From the NCBI GenBank assembly GCA_002011035.2, contig MTLY02000002.1, forward strand, positions 288,001-352,000: a stretch of 64,000 nucleotides of DNA, in the 5' to 3' direction. This document shows, piece by piece, positions 55,074 to 64,000 of this stretch (the stretch's first letter is position 1; every line of letters begins with the position of its first letter). The stretch is from Candidatus Hecatella orcuttiae. Its GTDB lineage: Archaea > Thermoproteota > Bathyarchaeia > Hecatellales > Hecatellaceae. The notes under the pieces are model-generated. The model searched no databases, was not told where the DNA came from, and saw only the letters and a program-made list of their open reading frames with translations. Made by a program: the position numbers and the translations under genes.

Positions 55074-56363
55074 TTACCGCTGCCACCACATGAAGATGGG
55101 CGGTAAAACTATCAGGTCCACAGGTTCACTTACGCTCGTTGCATAGGCCGGGTCATCTGGAACGAAGATGATGTAAACCTTCAGCGTAAGCCACAGCCTT
55201 TCGGAAGGTAGCTGCCAGTTAAAGGAGTAGTTGCCGTTTTCCACCCTGATGTCGCGGAGGATGATGTCGTACTCTGGGCCTCGGCCTGAGTAAGCTACGA
55301 AGATGATGGACCCGTTTACTGCGGGCTCCACCGAGCCCACGGTCTCTAGGCTTGCACCAGCTTCAACAATAGGCAGTTTCATGGCAAAGGGCAGAGGAAC
55401 CACCGGTAAGTCTAAATTCATCGTCACCAAGGTGGGCCGCTGAGTCTGTATGACTATTTCCGGGTGAAGGATAGAGGCCAAAGTGTAGAGGCCGTTCACT
55501 ATCCGGGGCCCCGGCCTTAGGAAAAGGTCCTCGTCCACCACGTAGATTCGCTCATTTCGCACAGCGTCGATGATGTCCCACCCCGGCCTGCTCTTGACAT
55601 CGTTCGGGGACACTCCTCCGGCTGAGTGAGATTGGAGGATGATGAACTCGGGGTTGCGGTCGATGATGGTTTCGCTGCTCACAACCGGGTACTGGGAAAG
55701 GGCGTCGTGGAAAATGTTACTCCCACCTGCCTTGGTTATGATCTCGTCCACCCACGTGTCGGGGCCGAAGCTCATGAAGGGGTCATGCCAAAGCTCAAAA
55801 TAGACCCGGGGCGTGTAATCCGCCTCAGCGGCTACAATGTCTTCAACCCGGGAAACTTGGTCCATCATCTCCTGCGCCACCCTGTTTCCTCCTTCCACGT
55901 TTCCCGTGGCCGTTCCCACTAAGATGGCGTTCTGGATTACATCGTCGATGCTTTTGGGGTCTAGGGCGATCACCGCATAGCCTAGGTCGCTGAGTTCCTC
56001 AACGTAGGGCAGCTGAACTCCGGCGGTGGCGAGGATGAGGTCCGGCTCCAAGCCGATGACCGCCTCGATGCTGATGGAGCCGAAGCCTCCCACGGTAGGT
56101 AAGCCCACAGCTTCAGGAGGATAATCCGAGTAGGTGTCCACCCCCACAACCTGAGGCCCCGCGCCCACCGCGAAGAGAAGCTCCGTGTTGCTGGGGGCCA
56201 AGGAAACGATTCTTTGAGGAGGATAAGGATCAATCGTCACCGACCTCCCCAAATTGTCCACCACGGTAATCGAGTCAGCCGAAGCGGAAGGAACAACCCC
56301 GCCCGCCAAGGAAGCCAAAAGCAAAACCAAGACGAAATAGGTAAGGACTGCCCTCATACGCAT
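55074..56363 (-). CDS. btuF: Cobalamin-binding (BtuF-like) ABC substrate-binding protein with C-terminal extension
   Basis: Signal peptide; RIVSLAPSNTE, VGVD..SDYP, EPDL, AGG.NIF, RPGPR. Confidence 0.88.
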   Translation of the reverse strand: MRMRAVLTYFVLVLLLASLAGGVVPSASADSITVVDNLGRSVTIDPYPPQRIVSLAPSNTELLFAVGAGPQVVGVDTYSDYPPEAVGLPTVGGFGSISIEAVIGLEPDLILATAGVQLPYVEELSDLGYAVIALDPKSIDDVIQNAILVGTATGNVEGGNRVAQEMMDQVSRVEDIVAAEADYTPRVYFELWHDPFMSFGPDTWVDEIITKAGGSNIFHDALSQYPVVSSETIIDRNPEFIILQSHSAGGVSPNDVKSRPGWDIIDAVRNERIYVVDEDLFLRPGPRIVNGLYTLASILHPEIVIQTQRPTLVTMNLDLPVVPLPFAMKLPIVEAGASLETVGSVEPAVNGSIIFVAYSGRGPEYDIILRDIRVENGNYSFNWQLPSERLWLTLKVYIIFVPDDPAYATSVSEPVDLIVLPPIFMWWQR

Positions 56364-56375
56364 TCCCTCTTAATG

Positions 56376-56406
56376 ATATATGGATGGTTAATCCATCCTT
56401 ATATAT
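56376..56406 (-). promoter_or_regulatory. Operator-like palindrome GGATGG-TTAAT-CCATCC next to the btuF TATA box
   Basis: Perfect 6-bp arms (56382..56398) flanked by ATATAT on both sides, between the TATA box and the start codon. Confidence 0.55.
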
Positions 56407-56548
56407 TTAACGCACCAAAACCGGCAACGGCAGTCAGTTTTTTACCCTCTTTTCTCTTCAGTCGATTTTTGATTAAACTTTAAATTTAGCCGCTGTGAAA
56501 CGAAATATGCGCAATTATATCTACTGGATGATTAAAAGGTAGGCTGCG

Positions 56549-57883
56549 TTGGAGTTCGAAGTTTTGAAGAAGGTTTACGAGTTAACCCAATTTGGGTTAA
56601 CGCTCCTTCAGGCTAAGGTTTACGTTGGGCTTCTTCAGCTCGGCAAGTCTTCTGCAAGTCAGATAGCGAAGACGGTGAACATGCACAAGGCGGAGGCCTA
56701 CCGGGTTTTGAGAGAGTTGGAGAAGTTGGAGTTGGCGGAGGCTTCGTTAGGCCGTCCGATAACATTCCAGCCTGTCCATCCCCGAAAGGCGCTTACAAGG
56801 CTTCTCTCTCAGCTTTCTTCAAAAATGAAGAGCTTGAGCGCGAAGAAGAGGGAGCTGAGCTTATGGTTATCTTCCATTCCCAAAAGAAGCGTAGTGGAGG
56901 AGAAAGAGCATGTTAGGTTTGAATTGATTTCGGAGCAAGCTGGCAACAAGAGAATAGCCTCCATGCTGAAGCGTGCAAAAAAGGAGTTTCTCTTCGTTAC
57001 GCCGGTTGAACTTTTGGGAACCTACATTTCCATGTTAGACGGCGCAACGCTTAGAGGACTTATGCGAAGGGGAGTGAAGGTTAAGGGTATTTTAGAGGTA
57101 AAACAGTTCACTGACAGATTTTTAAACCATCTCATGGGATTGGTTAAACGCTACCAGAGAGTGGTTGACCTCAGACATTCTGACGACCTAGCCTCCCGCC
57201 TCACAATTTGCGACGGCAAAGAGCTGTTGGTCGGCGCTCAGGTTAAGCCTGGGATGGGAGAGCGTTTTGACCTCTGGACTAACAGTCCGAGTTACATTGC
57301 CATAACGAAGAGGTTCTTTGATGAAATGTGGGTTGACTCCGTACCCATGGGTGAAAGAGTTCAGGAGCTCAAGACAGGGGAACCTAGGGAGCTTTTCACC
57401 GTCATCAAAAACTTTGGAGCTTTCAGGGATAAAGCTCTTGAAATGATGAACAGGGCTGAAAAGGAAATGTTGTTCATCTCCGGCGTCCGAGGTTGGCGTC
57501 AGGTAGCCCAAGCTGGTTTGGTGGAAGCATTCACCAAAACCTTAAAAAGAGGTGTGAAGGCCAAGGGCATCGTCGAGGTGGAGGAAGAAAACTTGAAGGA
57601 TGTTAAGAAGCTTCGCAAATACTGCGAACTACGGCATCTGAGCCACCTCAACACTCGGATCTTCGTCGTTGACGGGGAAGAAATGACCTACGGCTATGCG
57701 ACAGAAAAGTGGACCCGCATCTGGACGAACAGCAAATCGTTCGTTGCCGCTGCCAAAGAACACTTCCAACGGCTATGGGAAATATCGTCCAATGTCGACG
57801 CTAGGATTTCCGAGCTGGAAACGGCTTCGTTGAAGAATCCTAGTCTAGCCCAATGGATGCAGGCGGCGTCTTTCCCTGTGTAA
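56549..57883 (+). CDS. TrmB family transcriptional regulator with duplicated PLD-like effector domain
   Basis: FGLT..QAKVY..LL, HTH; two repeats of A.KE....RGVK.KG....D..E....F..W. Confidence 0.88.
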   Translation: MEFEVLKKVYELTQFGLTLLQAKVYVGLLQLGKSSASQIAKTVNMHKAEAYRVLRELEKLELAEASLGRPITFQPVHPRKALTRLLSQLSSKMKSLSAKKRELSLWLSSIPKRSVVEEKEHVRFELISEQAGNKRIASMLKRAKKEFLFVTPVELLGTYISMLDGATLRGLMRRGVKVKGILEVKQFTDRFLNHLMGLVKRYQRVVDLRHSDDLASRLTICDGKELLVGAQVKPGMGERFDLWTNSPSYIAITKRFFDEMWVDSVPMGERVQELKTGEPRELFTVIKNFGAFRDKALEMMNRAEKEMLFISGVRGWRQVAQAGLVEAFTKTLKRGVKAKGIVEVEEENLKDVKKLRKYCELRHLSHLNTRIFVVDGEEMTYGYATEKWTRIWTNSKSFVAAAKEHFQRLWEISSNVDARISELETASLKNPSLAQWMQAASFPV

Positions 57884-57916
57884 TCTGTTTTGCTTGAGGC
57901 TATTTTTCCTACATGT

Positions 57917-58114
57917 TCATGTATAGGCGTGGATTATCTTGCCAGGGAAGTTCTCCGGAGAACTTCCCTTAGAGTTTTGGTTGGTGGAGCTTACGTAGAT
58001 TTCCTTAACCTCATGTTTTTCTTTCAGTAGCTTCCTTATGATTTCACCTATTTCCGCGGGGGCCCCGAAACATTCGAACTGCATACCTTTAACCTTAAAT
58101 TTTAACTTAATCAT
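57917..58114 (-). CDS. Hypothetical small protein (65 aa)
   Basis: ATG-led ORF in an otherwise empty gap; N-terminal beta-beta-alpha pattern. Confidence 0.45.
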   Translation of the reverse strand: MIKLKFKVKGMQFECFGAPAEIGEIIRKLLKEKHEVKEIYVSSTNQNSKGSSPENFPGKIIHAYT

Positions 58115-58361
58115 GGTTATAGGCCCCTTAAACAGGGAATCAAAAGAAAGCTGCTTTTTCTATTAAAGATTAGTAAGTTATATTCCAACTTTATTTATAG
58201 GTAAATAAAGAGGCTGCCTATCTTTCAGCACCACCCAACCGGTGGAAAAGGCTGAATGCTGAAATTCTTGACGGCTCCCCGGGCTAAAGTTTATCCCTGA
58301 GCCCCGAATTTTATTTGACCGTGGAACCGATTGAAAGAAGACTCCCTCAGGCGGTTTTAAC

Positions 58362-59003
58362 ATGGTGGCCCCTCCTTCGGTAAGAGTCCTCGCCCTAGTA
58401 TCCGGGGGTCTTGACTCCCCGGTGGCTGCGTATCTGGTAGGGAGGAGTCTGGGCGTGGAGGTTTCTGTTCTTCATTTAGACAATTTCCCCCTTTTAAAGG
58501 AGACAGGCCGCTTGAAGGCGTTGAGGTGCTGGGAGAAGCTGAAAAGGCTTAAGGTGGTGGGAGAGGCCTATGTTCTCCCTCACAGTCACAGCCTTTTGGA
58601 GTTCTACAGAAAATGCGAGCGGAGGCTGGTGTGCGTGCTCTGCCGAAGGCAGATGCTGAGGGTAGCGGAGAAGCTGGCGGAGGAGCTCTCAGCCTCAGCC
58701 TTGGTGACGGGGGAAAGCCTAGGCCAGGTGGCCAGCCAGACTTTGGCCAACATCGCCGTAGAAGACCAAGCTGTGAAGCTTCCGGTCCTCCGCCCTCTTA
58801 TCGGCTTTAACAAGGAGGAGATCGTGGCGATTTCCAAGCAGATAGGAACATACCTTGACTCCATCATACCCGGGGGATGCTGCGCCAACCCTAGGAAGCC
58901 TGCCACCCAAGCTAGGCTGGAAAAGGTCTTGGAGGAAGAGGCCAAGCTGAACCTAGAAGCTATGACGGCCAAGTCTTTAGCCGGGAAAAAAGTATACTCC
59001 TGA
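58362..59003 (+). CDS. ThiI-like PP-loop sulfurtransferase lacking the THUMP domain
   Basis: SGGLDS, CVLCRR, TGESLGQVASQTL, RPLIG..K.EI. Confidence 0.88.
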   Translation: MVAPPSVRVLALVSGGLDSPVAAYLVGRSLGVEVSVLHLDNFPLLKETGRLKALRCWEKLKRLKVVGEAYVLPHSHSLLEFYRKCERRLVCVLCRRQMLRVAEKLAEELSASALVTGESLGQVASQTLANIAVEDQAVKLPVLRPLIGFNKEEIVAISKQIGTYLDSIIPGGCCANPRKPATQARLEKVLEEEAKLNLEAMTAKSLAGKKVYS

Positions 59004-59122
59004 GCGGCTACAGAGGCTCCTGCCAGTGGAAAGCCTTTTTTGCCGGCGAGGGCAACCCGCCGGAAGGTTCTAGTTAGTTTTTAACCTTCAAAGAAATAAA
59101 AAGTAAGGAAGGCTGAGGGGAG

Positions 59123-60223
59123 TTGAAGACCATCATCTTAGCCGGCGGCTACGCCACTAGGCTGAGGCCTCTGAGTATCACGCTGCCTAAACCCCTTTTT
59201 CCCATCCTCGACAAGCCCATCCTCGACTGGATGATGGAAGGCCTAAGCCGGGCAGGTTTGAAGAACATCATCCTCTCCATCCGGTATTTTGCAGAGGAAA
59301 TCATGGGAAGATATAGCACCGGCCTTGACTTCGGCGTAGACGTTCGCTACGCTCGCGAGGTTACCCCTTTAGGGGATGCAGGTCCTCTGCGTCTGATCCA
59401 CAGCCTCTACGGGCTGGATGAAACTTTCATGGTGGTTAACGGAGACATCTTCGGAAACATCGACTTCCAAGCTGTGGTGGATTTCCACCGAAGAAAGGGA
59501 GGGATCGCCACCGTTCTGCTTACCAAAGTTAAAGACCCCGGGCACTACGGCGTAGCTGTACTCGACTCGGAGGGCAGGATCGTGAAATTCGTGGAGAAGC
59601 CCAAAGCCAGAGAGGCGCCTTCCAACCTAGCCAATGCAGGGGTTTACATCTTCGAACCAGAAGTCTTGAAGTTCGTGCCTGAAAATGCGAGGATGAAGCT
59701 GGCCGCGGAGCTGATGCCGCAGCTACTTTCCACTGGAAACGTTTTCGGCTGCATTCATGAAGGCCTGTGGACGGACATCGGTAACCTTTCAGCTTTCCTC
59801 CAAGCCAACTTCGATGCCCTGAAACTTTACCGCCCTGAGGGCTATGTAAGCCCCAACGCAGAGGTTCACCCCGAAGCCGAGCTCCTCCAACCAGTTTACG
59901 TCTCCCACGCTGTGAGGGTGGACGCTTACTCCAAGGTGGGCCCCTACGCCGTGCTAGGCCGGGACACCACTGTGGGAAAAACCGCCAGGGTCTACCGAAG
60001 CGTCCTGTTTCCCTCCGCCTTCATCGACACCGGAGCCTTGGTGAAAGGCAGCATCGTGGGTAACGGTGTTGTGGCTGGGAAATGGACTACCTTCAGTGAG
60101 GGAGTAGTAGTGGGGGGCGACGTCACAGTAGCCGACGAGGTCACCCTTGCCTCCGGCGTCATCGTTTTCCCCTACAAAGAGCTCACTGAAAGCGTGGAGG
60201 AGCCGGGAAAGATCATCGTTTAA
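59123..60223 (+). CDS. NDP-sugar synthase (second paralog)
   Basis: LAGG.ATRLRPL...PK, NGD, EKP, NAG.Y, W.DIG, LbH C-terminus. Confidence 0.93.
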   Translation: MKTIILAGGYATRLRPLSITLPKPLFPILDKPILDWMMEGLSRAGLKNIILSIRYFAEEIMGRYSTGLDFGVDVRYAREVTPLGDAGPLRLIHSLYGLDETFMVVNGDIFGNIDFQAVVDFHRRKGGIATVLLTKVKDPGHYGVAVLDSEGRIVKFVEKPKAREAPSNLANAGVYIFEPEVLKFVPENARMKLAAELMPQLLSTGNVFGCIHEGLWTDIGNLSAFLQANFDALKLYRPEGYVSPNAEVHPEAELLQPVYVSHAVRVDAYSKVGPYAVLGRDTTVGKTARVYRSVLFPSAFIDTGALVKGSIVGNGVVAGKWTTFSEGVVVGGDVTVADEVTLASGVIVFPYKELTESVEEPGKIIV

Positions 60224-60312
60224 CATGTTTTCTTTAAACCCCCCTTTCCACTGGAAGAAAACCGAGGGAATTCCAACCATCCCAGGAAAGCAAGCGCCGC
60301 GACGGGCCTCAA

Positions 60313-61044
60313 TTGATGCTATGGGTTTTTTTGGGACTGTGTCAGAGGGAATTTTACATGGGCGCGAAAACCTCTAAACGGCGGGGGAGAGAGCCTCCCC
60401 ATTCCTCAGGACTCTCCTTCCTTGAGGTAAAGGAAGAAAAGCAGAGGCTTAGGCGTAGAATCTGGAGGCTGCTGGAACAACGCCAAGCGGCATTATTTCC
60501 TTTCCCCGTTTGGGGGAGGATGCCCAACTTCGTAGGCTCGGATGTCGCTGCTGAAAGGCTCCGCCAGCTAAAAGAGTGGGCTGCTGCTTCGGTTGTTTTC
60601 TGCAACCCCGACTACGCTCAAAAACCCGTCAGGGAAAGAGTCCTCAAGGACGGGAAAGCTCTGCTCATGGCTACGCCTAGGCTTAAGGCCGGCTTCCTTT
60701 TCATCCCTCCAAGGGACGCAAGAGGCAGGGAAAGCTACCTAGCCACCATCAAGGGGGCCTTCCGCCACGGCACCGCCCTTCCACTGGAGCGGGCTCCGAA
60801 ACCCGACTTGCTGGTCACTGGCTGCGTGGCGGTGGACTTGGAAGGCTTCAGGCTTGGAAAGGGCGGCGGCTACGGGGACAGAGAAATCAGAGAGATTCAG
60901 GAAAGGTTCGGCAGGATTCTCGTGGTCACCACCGTCCACGACTTACAAGTGGTGGACAAGGTTCCAGTGGAAAAGGGGGATGTGAAAGTCGACATCATCG
61001 TAACCCCAACTCAAACCTACCGGGTTGACGGGAAGGAAAGCTAA
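60313..61044 (+). CDS. 5-formyltetrahydrofolate cyclo-ligase family protein (MTHFSD-like; true start likely downstream)
   Basis: GR.PNF.G, NPD..Q, TPRL, G.RLGKGGGYGD, H..Q, D.IVTP. Confidence 0.88.
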   Translation: MMLWVFLGLCQREFYMGAKTSKRRGREPPHSSGLSFLEVKEEKQRLRRRIWRLLEQRQAALFPFPVWGRMPNFVGSDVAAERLRQLKEWAAASVVFCNPDYAQKPVRERVLKDGKALLMATPRLKAGFLFIPPRDARGRESYLATIKGAFRHGTALPLERAPKPDLLVTGCVAVDLEGFRLGKGGGYGDREIREIQERFGRILVVTTVHDLQVVDKVPVEKGDVKVDIIVTPTQTYRVDGKES

Positions 61045-62126
61045 GCTAAGCCGGCCTTTTCTTCTCCAAGCTTCTTCCTCACCGCCTCCACTAAACCTAA
61101 GGTTCCCGCCATCATGACATCGCCCCCAGGGTAGGCGAAGTGCACCTTTAAACCGGAGTCTTTCAGCATCCCCCGCCGGGGCCCTGTGGCTGCGACCAGT
61201 TCTAGGTTCTTAAACCCTCGAGGCGAGGAGATATAAAAGGCTCCGTGACCGCCGTCAGCTAGGACTTCTTCGGATGTTAACCTCCCCTCCGCCAAGTTCA
61301 CTGCGAAGGTTTCCAGTTTAGAAGGCGTCAGCAGGGAAGTGTGATGCTCCATCAGCCCCAGCACAGTGCCTTTATCCACCACCGCCATGATGGTGTGCGA
61401 GTTTCCCAAGTTCATGGCCAGCACACAGTCAGCGAATTTGACGGCTTCATCTTGAAGACAGCCTAAAACAGCCGCGGGCACGCTGTCCATGACCCATACA
61501 CCGATGTTTGGCAGCTGCCGTTTAGCCGCCTTGACTCCCGACTTCATCCTATAGTAGCAGTCGGGAATTCTGTCTTCAGAAAACATAAGGCTGGCAAGTG
61601 AAGGATCCTTCAAGAGAGGCTCCCTCATTTTTTTCAGCCTAAACTTGTTTCCAGCTTCCCCTCTTGGGGGAACCCCGTGGTCCTGCACAGCCAAGGCCAC
61701 AGCGTCTAGGTTCTCTAGTTTTTCTCCGAAACTCTGCAAGAACAACGCTAAGGCTTTTATGTTCACTTCTTGAGTTTCAAGACGGGGACCGTTCCAAGTC
61801 TCGGGGGCTTTGCTTAAAACTTCCACCCCCAAACGCCTAACCCTGTCTAGGTCGTTGTAAAAGGTGTAGGCTGCAGCCTCCGTGGCGTAGAAACGATATC
61901 CCTGCTTCAAGAAGTCTTTCACCACACCTGTTAAGGCGCCACCGCCTACTGTGTCTCCTGTGATGAGAAAGCGCCGCCCTTTCTCCGCCAAGGCTTTTAG
62001 TTTTTCAGCCAAAATCCCCGTTGGGCTTGGAAGCACCAGTTTGATGCAGTTCTCCAAGTTTTTGTTAGAGTCGTAGAGTAAAATGTCCTCCGTCCCCGAA
62101 CCGATGTCTAAAGCCAGAATTTTCAA
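61041..62126 (-). CDS. DUF1786 family protein (ASKHA-like)
   Basis: DIGSGT.D, EN..K.VLPSP, VQDHG, N.GN.H, EHHT, GGHG, GD.MM.G. Confidence 0.85.
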   Translation of the reverse strand: MKILALDIGSGTEDILLYDSNKNLENCIKLVLPSPTGILAEKLKALAEKGRRFLITGDTVGGGALTGVVKDFLKQGYRFYATEAAAYTFYNDLDRVRRLGVEVLSKAPETWNGPRLETQEVNIKALALFLQSFGEKLENLDAVALAVQDHGVPPRGEAGNKFRLKKMREPLLKDPSLASLMFSEDRIPDCYYRMKSGVKAAKRQLPNIGVWVMDSVPAAVLGCLQDEAVKFADCVLAMNLGNSHTIMAVVDKGTVLGLMEHHTSLLTPSKLETFAVNLAEGRLTSEEVLADGGHGAFYISSPRGFKNLELVAATGPRRGMLKDSGLKVHFAYPGGDVMMAGTLGLVEAVRKKLGEEKAGLA

Positions 62127-62208
62127 GGCTTAACCTCCCCGCCGCGGGGAAGACTGTTCAAAAAGCTAGGGGGCGCTCAGAGGTTAAAGAAGGTTTCCCA
62201 GCCGCTGG

Positions 62209-63414
62209 CTATTTAATGAATCCTTTGAGGTGTAGGTCTTCTCGGAAAATTCTTTCCAAAGTGCTGAAGGGCACTTTTAAACGGATTTTTTTAGTCCGCC
62301 CATAACGTCCTAGGCTGGCAATTTTGGCATTAACCGCCCCCAGCATGTCCAACTCGTTCAGGAGGCCGCTTATCCTCCGCTGAGTCAGGGCTTCAACTCC
62401 AATCCTCTGAGAGAGTTCCTCATAAGCCTCATAAAGTTCTCCAGAAAAGAGGCCTTCTCTCGCCGTCTGCTTTTTTTCGTAGAGCACAAAAAGAATTAGC
62501 TTAGAATGAAGGGGGAGAGAGTTTAAAACCTCCAAAACCCGGTCATGTTCTATCTTCCTCTGCGCATCTCGCACATGCTCCTCCGTCACTACACTGGCGC
62601 CGTCCCTCTCAGCCACTTCCCCAGCAACCCTTACCAAGTCGAGAGCCCGCCTTGCATCCCCATGCTCAGCGGCAGCAAGGGCTGCACAGAGGTTCAGTGT
62701 AGCGGAGGGAAGACTTCCGTTGCGGAAGGCCAACTTTACCCTCTGTTGCAGAATATCCCGAATCTGCTCAGCGCTATAAGGTTTGAAGACCATTTCCTCT
62801 TCGCTGAGGCTGCTGAGGACTCTGGCGTCTAACATGTCCTTGAAATAGAGGTCGTTAGATATGCCTATGGTGGTGAGGCTGCTGGATTTCAGCTCTTCGT
62901 TGATGCGGGTTAACTTGTAGAGCAACCGGTCTCCATGTTCTTTGACTAAAGTGTCAACTTCGTCCAAAGCAACGATAAAGGCGCAACGAGCATCGTTTAA
63001 TCCTTCTTTAAACCTGTCCAAGGCTTCTGCCACTGAAAGCCCAGTGAAGGGAATGCTAACTCCTACAGCTGAGCACATGTTTGAAACTACTCTATACTCG
63101 GTTCCTGCTGCTCGGCAGTTTGTGTAACAAATTCTCACTTTTTCCCCCCTTTTTTCGCTTTTTTTAACCAATCTCTCCAGAACATACCTTGTCACCGCCG
63201 TCTTTCCTGTCCCAGTTTTACCGTAAGCAAAAAGATTGGAGCATTTCATTTTTTTAAGGGAAGGAGCAAGGATGGAGGCAAATCTTAATATTTCTTTTTC
63301 TCGGTGAGGGAGTTCTTTCGGTACAAAATCATGTCTCAAGACTTCCCTGTTTACAAATATTGAAGATTCACCTGCATATTTTTCGAAAAGCTGCTCTAGT
63401 TTATCTACAGACAA
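62209..63414 (-). CDS. cdc6: Replication initiator Cdc6/Orc1 (start probably TTG 63414)
   Basis: LPHRE, YGKTGTGKT, LDEVD, ISND, GDARRALD, wHTH GRYGRT. Confidence 0.97.
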   Translation of the reverse strand: MSVDKLEQLFEKYAGESSIFVNREVLRHDFVPKELPHREKEILRFASILAPSLKKMKCSNLFAYGKTGTGKTAVTRYVLERLVKKSEKRGEKVRICYTNCRAAGTEYRVVSNMCSAVGVSIPFTGLSVAEALDRFKEGLNDARCAFIVALDEVDTLVKEHGDRLLYKLTRINEELKSSSLTTIGISNDLYFKDMLDARVLSSLSEEEMVFKPYSAEQIRDILQQRVKLAFRNGSLPSATLNLCAALAAAEHGDARRALDLVRVAGEVAERDGASVVTEEHVRDAQRKIEHDRVLEVLNSLPLHSKLILFVLYEKKQTAREGLFSGELYEAYEELSQRIGVEALTQRRISGLLNELDMLGAVNAKIASLGRYGRTKKIRLKVPFSTLERIFREDLHLKGFIK

Positions 63415-63530
63415 TGCCTCGCCTCTAGAACTTTCTCTAAAACAGCGAGAGACAAAATAAATGGTTGACTTAAGAAAAGAAGACATGAAACACAAAAAGA
63501 ATAGATTAGACATAAAAGATTAACCAGTAC

Positions 63531-63900
63531 ACCCGCCGGTTTCCACTGGAAAATAAGTTAGGTGCCCAGAAAAAATATATTACAAATGCCAAAAGATACC
63601 TCATACGGTTTATCTTTGTTTCAGATATAAAATTACTCAACCAAACTTTTAATGTTAACCTCAATTTCTCTGTAACAACATCACTTCTTAGAAATTTAAC
63701 TTTTCCAGTGGAAACATAGGGGTGGAGCAGGCGATATAAGTTCAAATTAAAACCGTTCACAAAATATAATATTTCAACCCCCTTATTTCCACTGGAAAAG
63801 GAAGATACGGCCTCTTAAAGGATATTTTCCTTAGAAAAGGTTGTGAAAAGGTGAAAAGAAATTTTTCTTTAGAAACTCCAATTTCTAAATTTTTCCCATA
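63531..63900. other. oriC: Replication origin oriC: ORBs at 63531..63553 (-), 63701..63722 (+) and 63778..63799 (-), with an AT-rich DUE between the last two
   Basis: TTTCCAGTGGAAA cores with G-strings, inverted around an AT-rich stretch, immediately upstream of cdc6. Confidence 0.92.
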
Positions 63901-63966
63901 CGATCCCTGTTTGACTTCACAATTAAATTTATTACATTGTGAAGAGAAGTAAGTGAAGGACAGACG

Positions 63967-64000
63967 TTGGAATTGAGAAAGGTAAAAGTGGAGGTCGAAG
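63967..64000 (+). CDS. Probable start of a gene running off the window (MELRKVKVEVE...)
   Basis: TTG after purine-rich SD-like AAGGA; open to the window end. Confidence 0.35.
   Translation, partial: MELRKVKVEVE

Noticed and set aside
56364-56548. Cobalamin riboswitch upstream of btuF
   Set aside because: The leader is short and AT-rich with no B12-box-like sequence
58220-58361. TPP riboswitch upstream of the thiI-like gene
   Set aside because: Lacks the GCUGAGA and CUGAU...UAAU core
322-63760. Numerous antisense and overlapping ORFs in the track (e.g. 24455..25129, 11901..12647, 14955..15605, 63506..63760)
   Set aside because: Shadow frames of well-supported genes or of the origin; no motifs or SD support
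63868-63889. dif/Xer site (inverted arms with a 6-bp spacer)
   Set aside because: Arms match for only 8 bp, lack the ATAA/TTAT inner motif, and lie inside oriC
1-64000. CRISPR array, transposase, prophage or defence island
   Set aside because: No regularly spaced repeats and no cas, integrase, transposase or viral structural genes seen

Overview
Gene-dense archaeal chromosomal segment with a TACK-type signature, most consistent with a Bathyarchaeia-like lineage (inferred, not verified): pantoate kinase/phosphopantothenate synthetase CoA route, eL38, both multi-OB RPA and single-OB SSB, a multi-intron tRNA, a corrinoid protein, and SD-led genes that often start with TTG/GTG. It holds about 70 mostly housekeeping CDSs (CoA/NAD/flavin cofactors, Feo iron uptake, DNA repair, PEPCK/PEPC, sugar-nucleotide and N-glycosylation genes) and ends in cdc6/orc1 plus a classical ORB-DUE-ORB replication origin. 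I saw no CRISPR array, rRNA, transposase or integrase. Items the ORF track misses: (1) a tRNA-Phe(GAA) split by three non-canonical BHB introns; (2) an apparently stand-alone, about 200-nt two-hairpin K-turn ncRNA at 41.9-42.1 kb that matches no family I recognise; (3) genes that appear to start at CTG or ATT (eL38, rpiA, DUF99, a mini Zn-finger); (4) a second cluster of ORB-like sites 2.5-4.5 kb from oriC, partly inside coding sequence; (5) a 51-bp element repeated 48 kb apart; (6) ParA coupled to a tiny protamine-like partner; (7) unannotated microproteins, a frameshifted ferritin-like gene and several operator-like palindromes. All calls come from motif recognition by eye; no database searches were run.
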